Source: an archaeon UBA583 (GTDB taxonomy: Archaea > Nanobdellota > Nanobdellia > Woesearchaeales > UBA583). Taken from it: DNA of 64,000 nt. The DNA is taken from assembly GCA_002506365.1 (NCBI GenBank), contig DAXK01000045.1, positions 6,301 to 70,300 on the forward strand. The letters run 5' to 3'. The stretch's first letter is position 1. Each line of letters begins with the position of its first letter. This document shows, one piece after another, positions 10,178-20,495 of the stretch. The notes under the pieces were generated by a model. The model saw nothing but the letters and a program-made list of their open reading frames with translations, made no database searches and was not told the origin of the DNA. The position numbers were made by a program, and so were the translations under genes.

Positions 10178-11918
10178 TCCAGCTTCAATGTCAAAAGTAA
10201 ATTTATTTGCTAGTTCAGATAAAATTACAGAAATTACAAATTTATTATATGATTTAAAATTAGTTCAATTTTTTGACTTAAAACAAGAAAACTTTGAAAA
10301 ATTTGAACATACTGACTTAAATGAGATCTCACACGAATTATTACAAACTAGATCATCAATCAGGCTACTTAAAAAATACTTTAAAGTAAACACAAACAAA
10401 CCTAATGAAAATGCAATTGATGAAATTTTAAAAGTTAAAACTAAATTAGACGATTTATTAAAAAAAGAAATTTCACAAAAAGATGAATTAAAAAGAACAA
10501 AACTTTTACTAGATTTAAAAGTAAATCCTAAAGATTTAACTAATGAAGATTTAAAAGTTGGATTTATTCCATCAAAAAAACAATTATTACTAAAAAAATT
10601 AACTGCAAATAAAATTAAATTTAATTCCCTAAAACAAGGAAAAAGAATTTATTTTGTATGTAAAACAAAAAAAGAATTAGACTTTGAATTCAAACACTTT
10701 TACTTACCTAAAAAATTAGATGAAAATCTAGAAACAAAATTAGAAAAAACAACTAAATCAATTAAAAAGGCAAATCTTGACTTAAGAAATTTATCAAACA
10801 ATAATTTAGAAAACTTAAGAGCAAAAGAACACCACCTAACAAAAGAATTAGAAATCTTAGAATCAAAACCAAATTTTGCAAAATCAGAAAACATTGTAAT
10901 TATTAGTGGACACATTCCAACAAACAAAGTAAGAAAATTAAAAGTTGAATTAGTTAGATTATTAGTTGATAAATTTGAACTTTCAGTTGAAAAAGCGACA
11001 AGTGATAATACTCCAATTAAATTAAATCATAATCAAGTAACTGGAAACTTTGTAGAATTATTAAAAATGTATTCCTTACCAAAATATAATGAAATTGATC
11101 CAACATTTTTTATCTTTTTAACATTCCCAATTTTCTTTGGATTTATTTTAGGAGATGTTATTTATGGACTAATCTCATTAATCTTATTTACATTTATGAA
11201 AATTAAACTACCTAAAATTAAAGAATTTTTATCCATTCTTCAATTATCTGCTGGTTCATCAATTTTCTTTGGAATTATCTTTGGAGAATTTATGGGTTAC
11301 GAAATTCACGGTTCATTTTACGGATTTTTAGCAAGAAGTCAAGAAGCTACAACACTTTTAGCAATTGCAGTTGTATTTGGTTTAATGCATATCAATTTAG
11401 GATTAATATTAGGATTTGTAAATGAATTATCAAATAAACATACAAAAAAAGCAATTTGTGATAAATTATCATTTATTATTATGCAAATTGGTGTTGGATT
11501 ATTAGCTTACGGGATTAGTGTATCATCTAATCTTTTAACAATTATTGGAAGTGTAACATTGTTTTTATCTTGCGCCCTAATTTACATGGGTCACGGATTT
11601 ATTGGAATTATGGAAATTCCTTCCTTTTTCACAAACATTTTATCATACGCAAGACTTATGGCAGTAGGATTATCCTCAGTTGTAATTGCAATGTTAGTTA
11701 ATCAATATACTGAATTATTTTTCAGTTATGGTGTTTTCGGAATTATTGGGGCTGTTTTAATGTTCTCAATCGGTCACACATTTAATATTGTATTGGGAAA
11801 CTTTGAAGGTTTCGTTCACACTTTACGTCTGCACTATGTAGAACAAATGACAAAATTCTACTCTGGAGGAGGAGAAGAATTTAAACCATTTGGACAAAGA
11901 AAAATCGACCAAGAATAG
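10167..11918 (+). CDS. atpI: A-type ATP synthase subunit I (membrane a-subunit homologue)
   Basis: Soluble N-terminal half plus a C-terminal multi-TM domain containing the conserved Arg helix (..SYARLMAVGLSS..). Position in the operon fits. Confidence 0.85.
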   Translation: MAFSPASMSKVNLFASSDKITEITNLLYDLKLVQFFDLKQENFEKFEHTDLNEISHELLQTRSSIRLLKKYFKVNTNKPNENAIDEILKVKTKLDDLLKKEISQKDELKRTKLLLDLKVNPKDLTNEDLKVGFIPSKKQLLLKKLTANKIKFNSLKQGKRIYFVCKTKKELDFEFKHFYLPKKLDENLETKLEKTTKSIKKANLDLRNLSNNNLENLRAKEHHLTKELEILESKPNFAKSENIVIISGHIPTNKVRKLKVELVRLLVDKFELSVEKATSDNTPIKLNHNQVTGNFVELLKMYSLPKYNEIDPTFFIFLTFPIFFGFILGDVIYGLISLILFTFMKIKLPKIKEFLSILQLSAGSSIFFGIIFGEFMGYEIHGSFYGFLARSQEATTLLAIAVVFGLMHINLGLILGFVNELSNKHTKKAICDKLSFIIMQIGVGLLAYGISVSSNLLTIIGSVTLFLSCALIYMGHGFIGIMEIPSFFTNILSYARLMAVGLSSVVIAMLVNQYTELFFSYGVFGIIGAVLMFSIGHTFNIVLGNFEGFVHTLRLHYVEQMTKFYSGGGEEFKPFGQRKIDQE

Positions 11919-12117
11919 ATTTTTATTTGTTTAAATTTTTGGACACTTTGCGAAAACATTGTTTTCACAACGGCTTAGAAATCTTCGATTTCTTGAAAGA
12001 AAAATCGACCAAGAATAGATTTTTATTTGTTTAAATTTTTGGACACTTTGCGAAAACATTGTTTCTTTATTTAAATTTTAATTTAAATCAAGGCTTAGAA
12101 ATTTACTAAATTTCTTG
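11896..12117 (+). repeat. Tandem direct duplication with an exact 100-bp period: the last 23 nt of atpI plus its downstream T-rich region is repeated
   Basis: 11896-11964 is identical to 11996-12064 (69/69 bp). The following segments are related (cggcttagaaatcttcgatttcttg vs aggcttagaaatttactaaatttcttg). Confidence 0.85.
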
Positions 12118-12244
12118 ATCACGACGGATTAAAATTAATAATTTTTTACTTTGTGATATTATTCACTTTTATTTTTTATAATAATTTATATTAATTTTCA
12201 AAAATAAATTATCTCAAAATAATAATATTTTAATAATATACTTT

Positions 12245-12658
12245 TTACTCTAAAATATCATCTAAAAATTTATCAAATAACATTGAAACATTACCTCGAT
12301 AAACAAATCTTTTATTTTCATTATACTTAAACTCAATCCCTTGAACTTTCACATTATCTACATTATAATCATGAGTTAACCTATACTCAACTCTAATCTT
12401 TCCTTGTTCACAATCAACCTGAATATAATCCTTTTTAATTGAGCAATAATCTAACACTCCACCCTTTTGAAATTTATCCTCTAAAAATCTTTCAAGACCT
12501 CCTGCCTTAGAAATATTGTTCATAATTCCCATTTGATTTTTTTCATTTGCTTTTTTATCAAAAACTTTTTTTTTACCAGAACTAGTTTCTTGTTTTAATC
12601 TTTTTTTTCTATCCTTATGTTTTTCCTTCATCTCTGAAACTTTATTTTGATAAGCCAT
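12245..12658 (-). CDS. Hypothetical small basic protein (137 aa) on the opposite strand, interrupting the ATP synthase operon
   Basis: ORF with a K/R-rich N-terminus and a C-terminal globular part; no recognisable motif. It sits between atpI and atpK. Confidence 0.45.
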   Translation of the reverse strand: MAYQNKVSEMKEKHKDRKKRLKQETSSGKKKVFDKKANEKNQMGIMNNISKAGGLERFLEDKFQKGGVLDYCSIKKDYIQVDCEQGKIRVEYRLTHDYNVDNVKVQGIEFKYNENKRFVYRGNVSMLFDKFLDDILE

Positions 12659-12764
12659 AAACTAGGTATGATTTTTAATATTTATTAAGTTAATTATTTA
12701 TTTCATCTATATAATCATATACTAAATAACAAGACTTATAAACCCTAAAGATTTTAAAACAATT

Positions 12765-13004
12765 ATGGTAGTAGAAACAATGATTTCAACAACAGGTCTA
12801 TTAGGACTTGGAGCAGGATTAGCAATTGGTTTAGCAGCAATTGGAACTGGATTAGGACAAAGAGATGCAATGGCTGCAGCAATTGGAGCTATCTCAGAAG
12901 ACCCAAAAATGTTTTCAAAAGCATTAATTTTCGCAGTTTTACCAGAAACAATTTTAATTTTTGGTTTCGTTACAGCGTTCTTAATTATGGGAATGGCGGC
13001 TTAA
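12765..13004 (+). CDS. atpK: A-type ATP synthase proteolipid subunit K (c subunit)
   Basis: 79-aa two-helix hairpin, GLGAGLAIGLAAIGTGLGQ, with the conserved carboxylate in helix 2 (..AVLPETILIFG..). Confidence 0.85.
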   Translation: MVVETMISTTGLLGLGAGLAIGLAAIGTGLGQRDAMAAAIGAISEDPKMFSKALIFAVLPETILIFGFVTAFLIMGMAA

Positions 13005-13026
13005 GCCCCTCCCTTTTTTATTAAGA

Positions 13027-13587
13027 ATGTCTTTACAAGATATTTCTAGAGATATTCAATCAAAAGCAAACCTTCAAAAAGAACAAATTGAAGAACAAAC
13101 TAATGATGCAATTAAAACTCTAGAATCACAATTTGAAAAAAACTTTTCTCAACACAAAGAAAACGTTTTAGAAAAATATGAATCTGAATCTAAATTAGTT
13201 TCAACTAAAATATCTAGTAAATACTCTAAAATCTCAAAAGAATTAGAACTAGACGCTAAAGCTCAAATTTTAGAAACTGTAAAACAAAAAGCTTTAACAC
13301 AAATTTTAAATTTATCAAAAACTGATAGAGAAACTTTAATTCAAAAATTATTTAAACTTGCAAAAAAATTAATCAAATACGATGTAATCTATACTTCAAA
13401 ATCTGATTTAGCTTTTGTAAAATCTCTAACAACTGACAAAATTAAAGTTTGTAGTAAAGCAAATTTAAACGGTTTAGTTTTTGAAACTGAAAATGGTTTA
13501 GAAAAATTAGATTTAAATTTTGAAAATTTATTTACTGATATTTTATCAGAAAATGAAGCAGAACTTCAAAATATTTTATTTAACTAA
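13027..13587 (+). CDS. atpE: A-type ATP synthase subunit E
   Basis: 186 aa with an N-terminal coiled coil and a C-terminal globular domain; operon position. Confidence 0.6.
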   Translation: MSLQDISRDIQSKANLQKEQIEEQTNDAIKTLESQFEKNFSQHKENVLEKYESESKLVSTKISSKYSKISKELELDAKAQILETVKQKALTQILNLSKTDRETLIQKLFKLAKKLIKYDVIYTSKSDLAFVKSLTTDKIKVCSKANLNGLVFETENGLEKLDLNFENLFTDILSENEAELQNILFN

Positions 13588-13596
13588 CTAATAAAA

Positions 13597-14607
13597 ATGG
13601 CTAAAGTAATTAAATTAAAAAAAGACTCCTACAACTCTGCAAAACTAGCTGTTGCGAGTGGTAAACTTTACGGGACTGATAAAATCAAAGAGCTAATTAA
13701 TTTAGATTTTGATGAAATTTTAAGATTTTTAGAAGAAAATGGTTTTAGAAATTCAGTTGACAAATCATATCTTCAATACGATGGATTTTACCTAGTTGAA
13801 AGAGTTTTAAATGATCACTTATCTAATATCTATAAAACTGTTTTTACAGGTTCATCCTCTAAAAATCAAAAATTATTAGAATCATATTATTTAAAATATC
13901 AAGTTCATAATCTTTTAGTAGTTTTAAGATGTAAATTATCTAATGAAACAGAATTTGAAACATATTTAATTGGAGACTCCAGAAGAAAAGAAAAATATAT
14001 CAAAGCATTTGCAATGCCAAACATTGAAGATTCATTAACATATTTACTTAAAAAATCTGGATTTAATCATAAAATTGCTTTAGAAGAATACTCTAAAGGA
14101 TTATATAACTTAGAAAATTATCTATATAGTTCATATTATTCAAAACTAAACGAATTAAATTTTAAATTTAATAATATTGATGAAAAACATTTCTCAAAAT
14201 TTATTAAAAATTATATTGATTTATTAAATGCTAGAACATATTTAAGATTAAAAGTTGAAGACTCTAAAGAATTTAACTTTAAAGATTTTTATATGTTTGG
14301 AGGAAGATTAGTTTTAGAAGATTTCACAAATTTAGATTCAAAATCTACTGAAGATACATTAAACACATTTAATGAAATTTTCGGTGAACTTGAAGGATTA
14401 GAAGCTACATCATTTGAATCACTAGATAAAAGAATTTCCATTCACAAAAAAGAAAGTGAAGGATTATTTAATTCAGTTAGATTCGGTTCACCATTTTTTG
14501 CTTTAAAATTTTTATTTAAAGTTGAAAAAGAAATGGGACAATTAAGAATCTTATTAAAATCTAAATATTTAAAATTAGAAAAATCTGAAATTGAGAGGTT
14601 ATTATAA
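13597..14607 (+). CDS. atpC: A-type ATP synthase subunit C
   Basis: 336-aa helical protein between atpE and atpF; assigned by operon position. Confidence 0.6.
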   Translation: MAKVIKLKKDSYNSAKLAVASGKLYGTDKIKELINLDFDEILRFLEENGFRNSVDKSYLQYDGFYLVERVLNDHLSNIYKTVFTGSSSKNQKLLESYYLKYQVHNLLVVLRCKLSNETEFETYLIGDSRRKEKYIKAFAMPNIEDSLTYLLKKSGFNHKIALEEYSKGLYNLENYLYSSYYSKLNELNFKFNNIDEKHFSKFIKNYIDLLNARTYLRLKVEDSKEFNFKDFYMFGGRLVLEDFTNLDSKSTEDTLNTFNEIFGELEGLEATSFESLDKRISIHKKESEGLFNSVRFGSPFFALKFLFKVEKEMGQLRILLKSKYLKLEKSEIERLL

Positions 14608-14609
14608 AA

Positions 14610-14897
14610 ATGTCAAAAATAATTGTTTGCGGAAATGAAGAATTTACACTAGGTTTTGAACTAGTAGGAATACAAGCTCAACCAATTGAGAAATTTGAAT
14701 CATTAATTTCAAAATCTTCTGATACTGGAATTATCATTATCTCTCAAGAAGAATATAATAAATTAACTTTAAAATTAAAAAATTCAGTTGATAGATTATT
14801 AAAACCAATCGTTGTAATTTTATCAAAAGAAGATATTAAAGGTGGAAACCTAAAGGACGCGATTATTCGTGCTCTAGGTGTTGATTTACTTAAATAA
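14610..14897 (+). CDS. atpF: A-type ATP synthase subunit F
   Basis: 95 aa, MSKIIVCGNEEFTLGFELVGIQ...GIIIISQE..., matching the AtpF/V-ATPase F pattern (iavIGd.dtv.GF.LaGi...giiiite). Confidence 0.75.
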   Translation: MSKIIVCGNEEFTLGFELVGIQAQPIEKFESLISKSSDTGIIIISQEEYNKLTLKLKNSVDRLLKPIVVILSKEDIKGGNLKDAIIRALGVDLLK

Positions 14898-15236
14898 TTT
14901 CATTATATGAAATTTGACGTATTTATTTTATATACTTTGTATATAAAATAAATTTATCATAGAAATTATTTTTATTTCTTAAATTTTAAATAAATTTATT
15001 TATCCAAATATTTTATTTTCTTTACTTATTTGGTTATTTTTTTCAAAATTTATCTCTTAAAAATTTAAATATATTCTCAAAATAATGTTATTTTTATTTT
15101 TTAATTTAGATTATTTTAAAATCAAAATAATTACAATTATACCTTATTTAATTCTAATCTTTTATAGGTTAACTATAAATTATTCAAGTAAATCTAAACC
15201 TTTATAAAGTCTAAATTTTTTCTCTAAATTATAAGA

Positions 15237-16982
15237 ATGGCTAATGATTCAAAAGGTAAAATTATTAGAGTTTCCGGACCAGTTGTAGAAGCTACCGGAA
15301 TCTCCGTTGCAATGTCAGACATTGTAAGAGTAGGAAAAGAAGAATTAATGGGAGAAGTAATCAAAATTGAAGAAAACTCCTTTATCATCCAAGTTTACGA
15401 AAACACAACAGGTGTTAGACCAGGTGAGCCAGTAACAAATACAAAACTTCCACTTTCAGTAGAAGTTGGACCAGGTTTATTAGGTTCTATCTATGATGGA
15501 ATTCAAAGACCATTAGAAATTTTAGAAAAAGAAATGGGTCACTTCATTAAAAGAGGGGTTGACGCTGATGGAATTGATCACAAAAAAGTTTGGGATTTCA
15601 AAGCAACTGTTAAAAAAGGAGATACTTTAACTGAAAGTGCAATTGTTGGAACTGTTCAAGAATTTGACTTTACACATAAAGTAATGTTACCAAATAGAGT
15701 TTCAGGAAAAGTTGCTGAAATTAAATCAGGTAAATTTACTGTTTCTGACGTAATCGGAAAATTAGAAGATGGGACTGAGATTAAAATGTCACACTTTCAA
15801 CCAGTACGGCAAGCTAGAAAATTTAATTCTAAATTAGCACCAGCTGAACCATTAACAACAGGACAAAGAGTATATGATGTATTCTTCCCAGTTGCTAAAG
15901 GAGGAGTAGCTGCATTACCAGGACCATTTGGAGCTGGAAAAACAGTAACACAACAATCAATTGCTAAATGGTCAGACGCTGATATTGTAATTTATGTTGG
16001 ATGTGGAGAAAGAGGAAACGAAATGACAGAAGTTTTAACTGAATTTCCTCACTTAATTGATCCTAAATCTGGAAAACCAATGATGGAAAGAACAGTTTTA
16101 ATTGCAAATACATCAAACATGCCAGTAGCAGCTAGAGAAGCTTCTATCTATGTAGGAATTACAATTGCTGAATATTACAGAGATCAAGGATTAAATGTTG
16201 CTTTAATGGCTGATTCAACTTCAAGATGGGCTGAAGCAATGAGAGAAATTTCATCAAGATTAGAAGAAATGCCTGGTGAAGAAGGATATCCAGCATACTT
16301 ATCAACAAAATTAGCTAACTTTTATGAAAGAGCAGGTTTAGTTGAAACTTTAAACGGAGAAAAAGGATCTGTAACAGCAATTGGAGCAGTTTCACCAGCG
16401 GGAGGAGACTTCTCAGAACCAGTAACACAAAACACATTAAGAGTAGCTAAATGTTTCTGGGCTTTAGATGCTAAATTAGCAGAAAAAAGACACTACTGGT
16501 CCATTAACTGGTTAAACTCATATTCATTATACCACGAATCATTAAGAGATTACTTTAAAAAGAACGCAGATAAAAACTGGGAAGCTAAAGTAAAAGAATT
16601 AATGGGAATTTTACAAGAAGAAGATGCTTTAATGGAAATTGTTCAATTAGTAGGTTCTGACTCATTACCTGAAAACCAACAAATTACACTTGAAGTAGCT
16701 AAAATTATTAGAGAACATCTATTACAACAAAATGCTTTCCACGAAGTTGACAGATTCTGTCCATTACAAAAATCAAATGATTTAATTGATTTAGTTTTCT
16801 TATTTAGAGATTCTGCATCCAAAGCTTTAGAAGCTGGGGTTCCTGCTAGAGAAATCTTAGCAACTAAAGGACAATATGAAATTGCAACAGTTAAATTAGA
16901 AGAAGATTATACTAAAATTTTATCTAAAACTAAAAAGACTATTGAATCCGAAATGGAGGAATTAATTAAGAAATATAAATAG
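15237..16982 (+). CDS. atpA: A-type ATP synthase catalytic subunit A
   Basis: Walker A GPFGAGKTV, full-length alpha/beta ATPase architecture, 581 aa with no intein. Confidence 0.95.
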   Translation: MANDSKGKIIRVSGPVVEATGISVAMSDIVRVGKEELMGEVIKIEENSFIIQVYENTTGVRPGEPVTNTKLPLSVEVGPGLLGSIYDGIQRPLEILEKEMGHFIKRGVDADGIDHKKVWDFKATVKKGDTLTESAIVGTVQEFDFTHKVMLPNRVSGKVAEIKSGKFTVSDVIGKLEDGTEIKMSHFQPVRQARKFNSKLAPAEPLTTGQRVYDVFFPVAKGGVAALPGPFGAGKTVTQQSIAKWSDADIVIYVGCGERGNEMTEVLTEFPHLIDPKSGKPMMERTVLIANTSNMPVAAREASIYVGITIAEYYRDQGLNVALMADSTSRWAEAMREISSRLEEMPGEEGYPAYLSTKLANFYERAGLVETLNGEKGSVTAIGAVSPAGGDFSEPVTQNTLRVAKCFWALDAKLAEKRHYWSINWLNSYSLYHESLRDYFKKNADKNWEAKVKELMGILQEEDALMEIVQLVGSDSLPENQQITLEVAKIIREHLLQQNAFHEVDRFCPLQKSNDLIDLVFLFRDSASKALEAGVPAREILATKGQYEIATVKLEEDYTKILSKTKKTIESEMEELIKKYK

Positions 16983-16983
16983 T

Positions 16984-17060
16984 CGAAAATAATCTTTGAT
17001 TATTTCGACCTCCATCAACCATTGTGTTGATGTGAGAATCATTTACAAATCCATTGGATT
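16984..17060 (+). promoter_or_regulatory. Stable hairpins in the atpA-atpB intergenic region (possible attenuator or processing site)
   Basis: gtcgaaaataat-ctttg-attattttcgac forms a perfect 12-bp stem. A second hairpin follows: catcaac-cattgtg-gttgatg. Confidence 0.35.
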
Positions 17061-17095
17061 TGAAATGAATATCTAAAATTAAAAATAAATAAAAT

Positions 17096-18472
17096 ATGGC
17101 AGTAAAAAAAGAATATAAAACAATTAGTAGAGTTGCTGGACCATTAGTTTTTGTAAAGAAAACTCATCCAGTTGGTTATGGAGAATTAGTAGAATTAAAA
17201 ATTAACGGAGAACAAAAATTCGGACAAGTTTTAGAAACTGCTGACGATAATGTTGTTGTTCAATTATTTGAAGGAACACAAGGAGTTGACAAAGATGTAA
17301 CTGTTAAATTCTTAGATGAACCTTTAACAATTAAATTAGACGATTCAATCCAAGGAAGAGTTTTATCAGGAATTGGTAAACCTTTAGATAACGGTCCAGG
17401 ATTAGTTGGAACTAAAACAGAAATTGGTGGAGCAGCTATTAATCCATACTCAAGAGGATTACCTGACAACTTTATTCAAACTGGAATTTCATCAATTGAT
17501 TTAATGACAACTTTAGTTAGAGGTCAAAAGTTACCTATCTTTTCAGGTTCAGGATTAACACACAATGACTTAGCTCTGCAAATTGCAAGACAAGCAAAAG
17601 TAGTTGGTGATGATTCAGAATTCTTAGTAGTTTTCGCAGCTATGGGAATTACAAACGAAGATGCTTTAAAATTCCAAAGAAGTTTTGAAGAATCAGGTGC
17701 GATTGATAATGCAGTATTATTTATTAATAAAGCAGACGATCCTTCTGTTGAAAGATTAGTTACTCCAAGAATGGCTTTAACTGCTGCTGAATACTTTGCT
17801 TTTGAAAAGAATAAACACGTTTTAGTAATTATGACTGATGTTACAAATTATTGTGAATCCTTAAGAGAAATCGGTGCTGCTAGAGAAGAAATTCCTGGTA
17901 GAAGAGGTTACCCTGGATACATGTATACAGATTTAGCTGAATTATATGAAAGAGCTGGTATGATTAAAGGTAAAACTGGATCAGTTACACAATTACCAAT
18001 TTTAACAATGCCTGGTGATGATAAAACTCACCCAATTCCAGACTTAACAGGATATATTACTGAAGGTCAAGTTCAATTAGGAAGAGAATTACACAGAAAG
18101 AATATTTATCCATCAATTGACGTATTACCATCATTATCAAGATTAATGGGTCTTGGGACAGGTAAAGGTAAAACAAGAGAAGATCACAAAAAAGTGGCTG
18201 ACCAAGTATTTGCTTTATACGCTGAAGGTAAGGATTTAAGAGGTCTTGTAGCTATTGTTGGTGAAGAAGCTTTATCAGACAGAGATAAAAGAAAATTAAA
18301 CTTTGCTAAAATCTTTGAAGAAAAATTCCTACAACAAGGATTAGAAGAAGATAGAGAATTCATTAAAACAATGGATTTAGCTTGGGAAATCTTAGGAACA
18401 ATTCCAAGAGAAGAATTAGTAAAAATCGATAATAAATTAAAAGATATTTACTATAAGGAAACAAAGTTATAA
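17096..18472 (+). CDS. atpB: A-type ATP synthase regulatory subunit B
   Basis: 458-aa paralogue of subunit A without a canonical P-loop, with a conserved central nucleotide-binding fold. It follows atpA. Confidence 0.9.
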   Translation: MAVKKEYKTISRVAGPLVFVKKTHPVGYGELVELKINGEQKFGQVLETADDNVVVQLFEGTQGVDKDVTVKFLDEPLTIKLDDSIQGRVLSGIGKPLDNGPGLVGTKTEIGGAAINPYSRGLPDNFIQTGISSIDLMTTLVRGQKLPIFSGSGLTHNDLALQIARQAKVVGDDSEFLVVFAAMGITNEDALKFQRSFEESGAIDNAVLFINKADDPSVERLVTPRMALTAAEYFAFEKNKHVLVIMTDVTNYCESLREIGAAREEIPGRRGYPGYMYTDLAELYERAGMIKGKTGSVTQLPILTMPGDDKTHPIPDLTGYITEGQVQLGRELHRKNIYPSIDVLPSLSRLMGLGTGKGKTREDHKKVADQVFALYAEGKDLRGLVAIVGEEALSDRDKRKLNFAKIFEEKFLQQGLEEDREFIKTMDLAWEILGTIPREELVKIDNKLKDIYYKETKL

Positions 18473-18479
18473 TTAAACA

Positions 18480-19112
18480 ATGTCAAAAACAATTAGTCCA
18501 AATCGGTCAGAATTACTAAAGTTAAAAACTAGAGTTAAAACTGCCTCAAAAGGTCACTCTCTTTTAAAAAAGAAAAGAGATGGTCTTGTAATGGACTTTT
18601 TTAAGTTACTTGAAAATGCTAAAGATTTACGTAAAGATATGATTTCAACGTATATTAAAGCTGAAGATTCCTTAAAAAAGACGAGGATTTTATCTTATGA
18701 TTTAGAACTTAAATTATATTCAAAGACTACAAAAGGTAGAAATTTAATTGATTTTCAATCCAAAAATATCATGGGTTTATCAGTTCCACAAATTAAATCT
18801 GAATTTAAAAAAAGAGATTTAATTCAAAGACAAAGAACGATTTATTCATCTCAAACTATGGATGATACAATTAAAAAATATGAAAGTTTAGTTGAACAAA
18901 TTATTATTGTAGCTGAAATTGAAACTGCAATGATTAGATTATTATCTGAAATTGAAAAAACTAAAAGAAGAGTAAACGGTTTAGAATTTAATATTATTCC
19001 AGAATTAAAAAAAGCTGAATCTTTTGTAAAATTATCTCTTGAAGAACAAGAAAGAGATAACACAATTAGATTAAAAAAAATTAAAGCAAAGCTTGACAAA
19101 GCACAAGCTTAA
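18480..19112 (+). CDS. atpD: A-type ATP synthase subunit D (central stalk)
   Basis: The N-terminus ISPNRSELLKLKTRVKTASKGHSLLKKKRDGLVMDF matches the AtpD signature (PTR.eLl.lK.rl..A.rGh.LLK.KRD.L). Confidence 0.85.
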   Translation: MSKTISPNRSELLKLKTRVKTASKGHSLLKKKRDGLVMDFFKLLENAKDLRKDMISTYIKAEDSLKKTRILSYDLELKLYSKTTKGRNLIDFQSKNIMGLSVPQIKSEFKKRDLIQRQRTIYSSQTMDDTIKKYESLVEQIIIVAEIETAMIRLLSEIEKTKRRVNGLEFNIIPELKKAESFVKLSLEEQERDNTIRLKKIKAKLDKAQA

Positions 19113-19175
19113 ATATAAATTTAAATAATTTATATATTTAATTTTATTTCTATATTAAAATATTTTATTAATAAT

Positions 19176-20015
19176 TTAATTATTTTTAGAAATACTCTCT
19201 AAATAAATAACCAAACTATTTAATAATTTTAAAAAATTATCAATTCTAATCGTATAGATATCATCCCTATTCTTTTTACTCTCAGCCATTATAACATTTT
19301 TATACTCTTGAATTTGTTCAAAATTACTATCAGTTAATAATTTTCTTAAATCATTTAAATGGATTTCAATACCATATATATTTAAATATTTTTTATTTAA
19401 AATTTCCTCAATAACTGCTTTAAATTCTTCATCAGTATAACCTTTTTCAAACTTCTCAAGATAATTATACTTATTAGTTAAATAATCTGACAAATCTCTA
19501 TGTTGTTTTAAAATAAATGGATTTTCTTTTTTTTTATCTAACTCCATAGATTTTTTCCCAATTAAAATATTCATAAGAGTTAAAATTATCTTTAACTTTT
19601 TTAATGGTTCTTTTTTTAAATTTTTAATATGGTCTTCATTTACTTGAAACCTTATAGCAACTTTATCAAATTCATTTAAATCAATCATATCATCTAATAA
19701 CTTTTTAATAATACTAAACTCACTTCTCCCTTTTCCAATAGGATTTTGATATCTATTAACATAATAATTTAAAATTTCTTGACAAATATTTTCATTAACT
19801 AAAAATATACTTTTAAAAAAATCGTAATCTAACTTATTTTTCTTTTTTCTTTTATGTAAAATATTTCTATACTCATCAGAACTTAAACTTAAATTTAAAT
19901 TATATAACACTAAATCAATATTTTTATAATTATTAATTGACACTTTTTCAAATTCATCAAATTTTTTAATAAAATTACTCTCAGCATCTCCAAATAAATT
20001 AAACTTTTTAAACAT
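19176..20015 (-). CDS. Hypothetical protein (279 aa)
   Basis: ORF only; K/N-rich with no recognisable motif. Confidence 0.4.
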   Translation of the reverse strand: MFKKFNLFGDAESNFIKKFDEFEKVSINNYKNIDLVLYNLNLSLSSDEYRNILHKRKKKNKLDYDFFKSIFLVNENICQEILNYYVNRYQNPIGKGRSEFSIIKKLLDDMIDLNEFDKVAIRFQVNEDHIKNLKKEPLKKLKIILTLMNILIGKKSMELDKKKENPFILKQHRDLSDYLTNKYNYLEKFEKGYTDEEFKAVIEEILNKKYLNIYGIEIHLNDLRKLLTDSNFEQIQEYKNVIMAESKKNRDDIYTIRIDNFLKLLNSLVIYLESISKNN

Positions 20016-20168
20016 AATAAACTATTAAATTTTAACATTATAAATTTTAAGTTTTACTAACTGTTTACACAAACAAATTAATTATCTAACTAAATACATA
20101 ATTAATATAATTATTAAAGTTTCAAAATTAAACCAATTAAATAAATAGTTTAAAGAATCTAAAAATAT

Positions 20169-20495
20169 ATGAAAAAAAATATACTACTAGGATTATCATT
20201 TATATCTTTACTATCAGTAATACTATTATCAGCATGTTCAAGTGAACCAAATTATCAAAATTTTGAAAAAAGTAAAACAGAATCTTTAACATTTTTAGAA
20301 AATTCAGAACAATTTAGAAATCATCAAGGATTTGACATTTTATTAACAAATGAAGAAATTGTATCATGTGGTAAAAATTGTTTCGAATTTGATTATCAAT
20401 ACTCCGTTTTAGGGGATAAACTTGGTTATGAAAGTAAAATCCAAGTAAAAGATAATGTTGCAAGTTTTATATCTAAGCCAACAGCCTTAAATTAA
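20169..20495 (+). CDS. Small lipoprotein (lipobox LLSAC)
   Basis: Signal peptide MKKNILLGLSFISLLSVILLSAC|SS. Confidence 0.45.
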   Translation: MKKNILLGLSFISLLSVILLSACSSEPNYQNFEKSKTESLTFLENSEQFRNHQGFDILLTNEEIVSCGKNCFEFDYQYSVLGDKLGYESKIQVKDNVASFISKPTALN

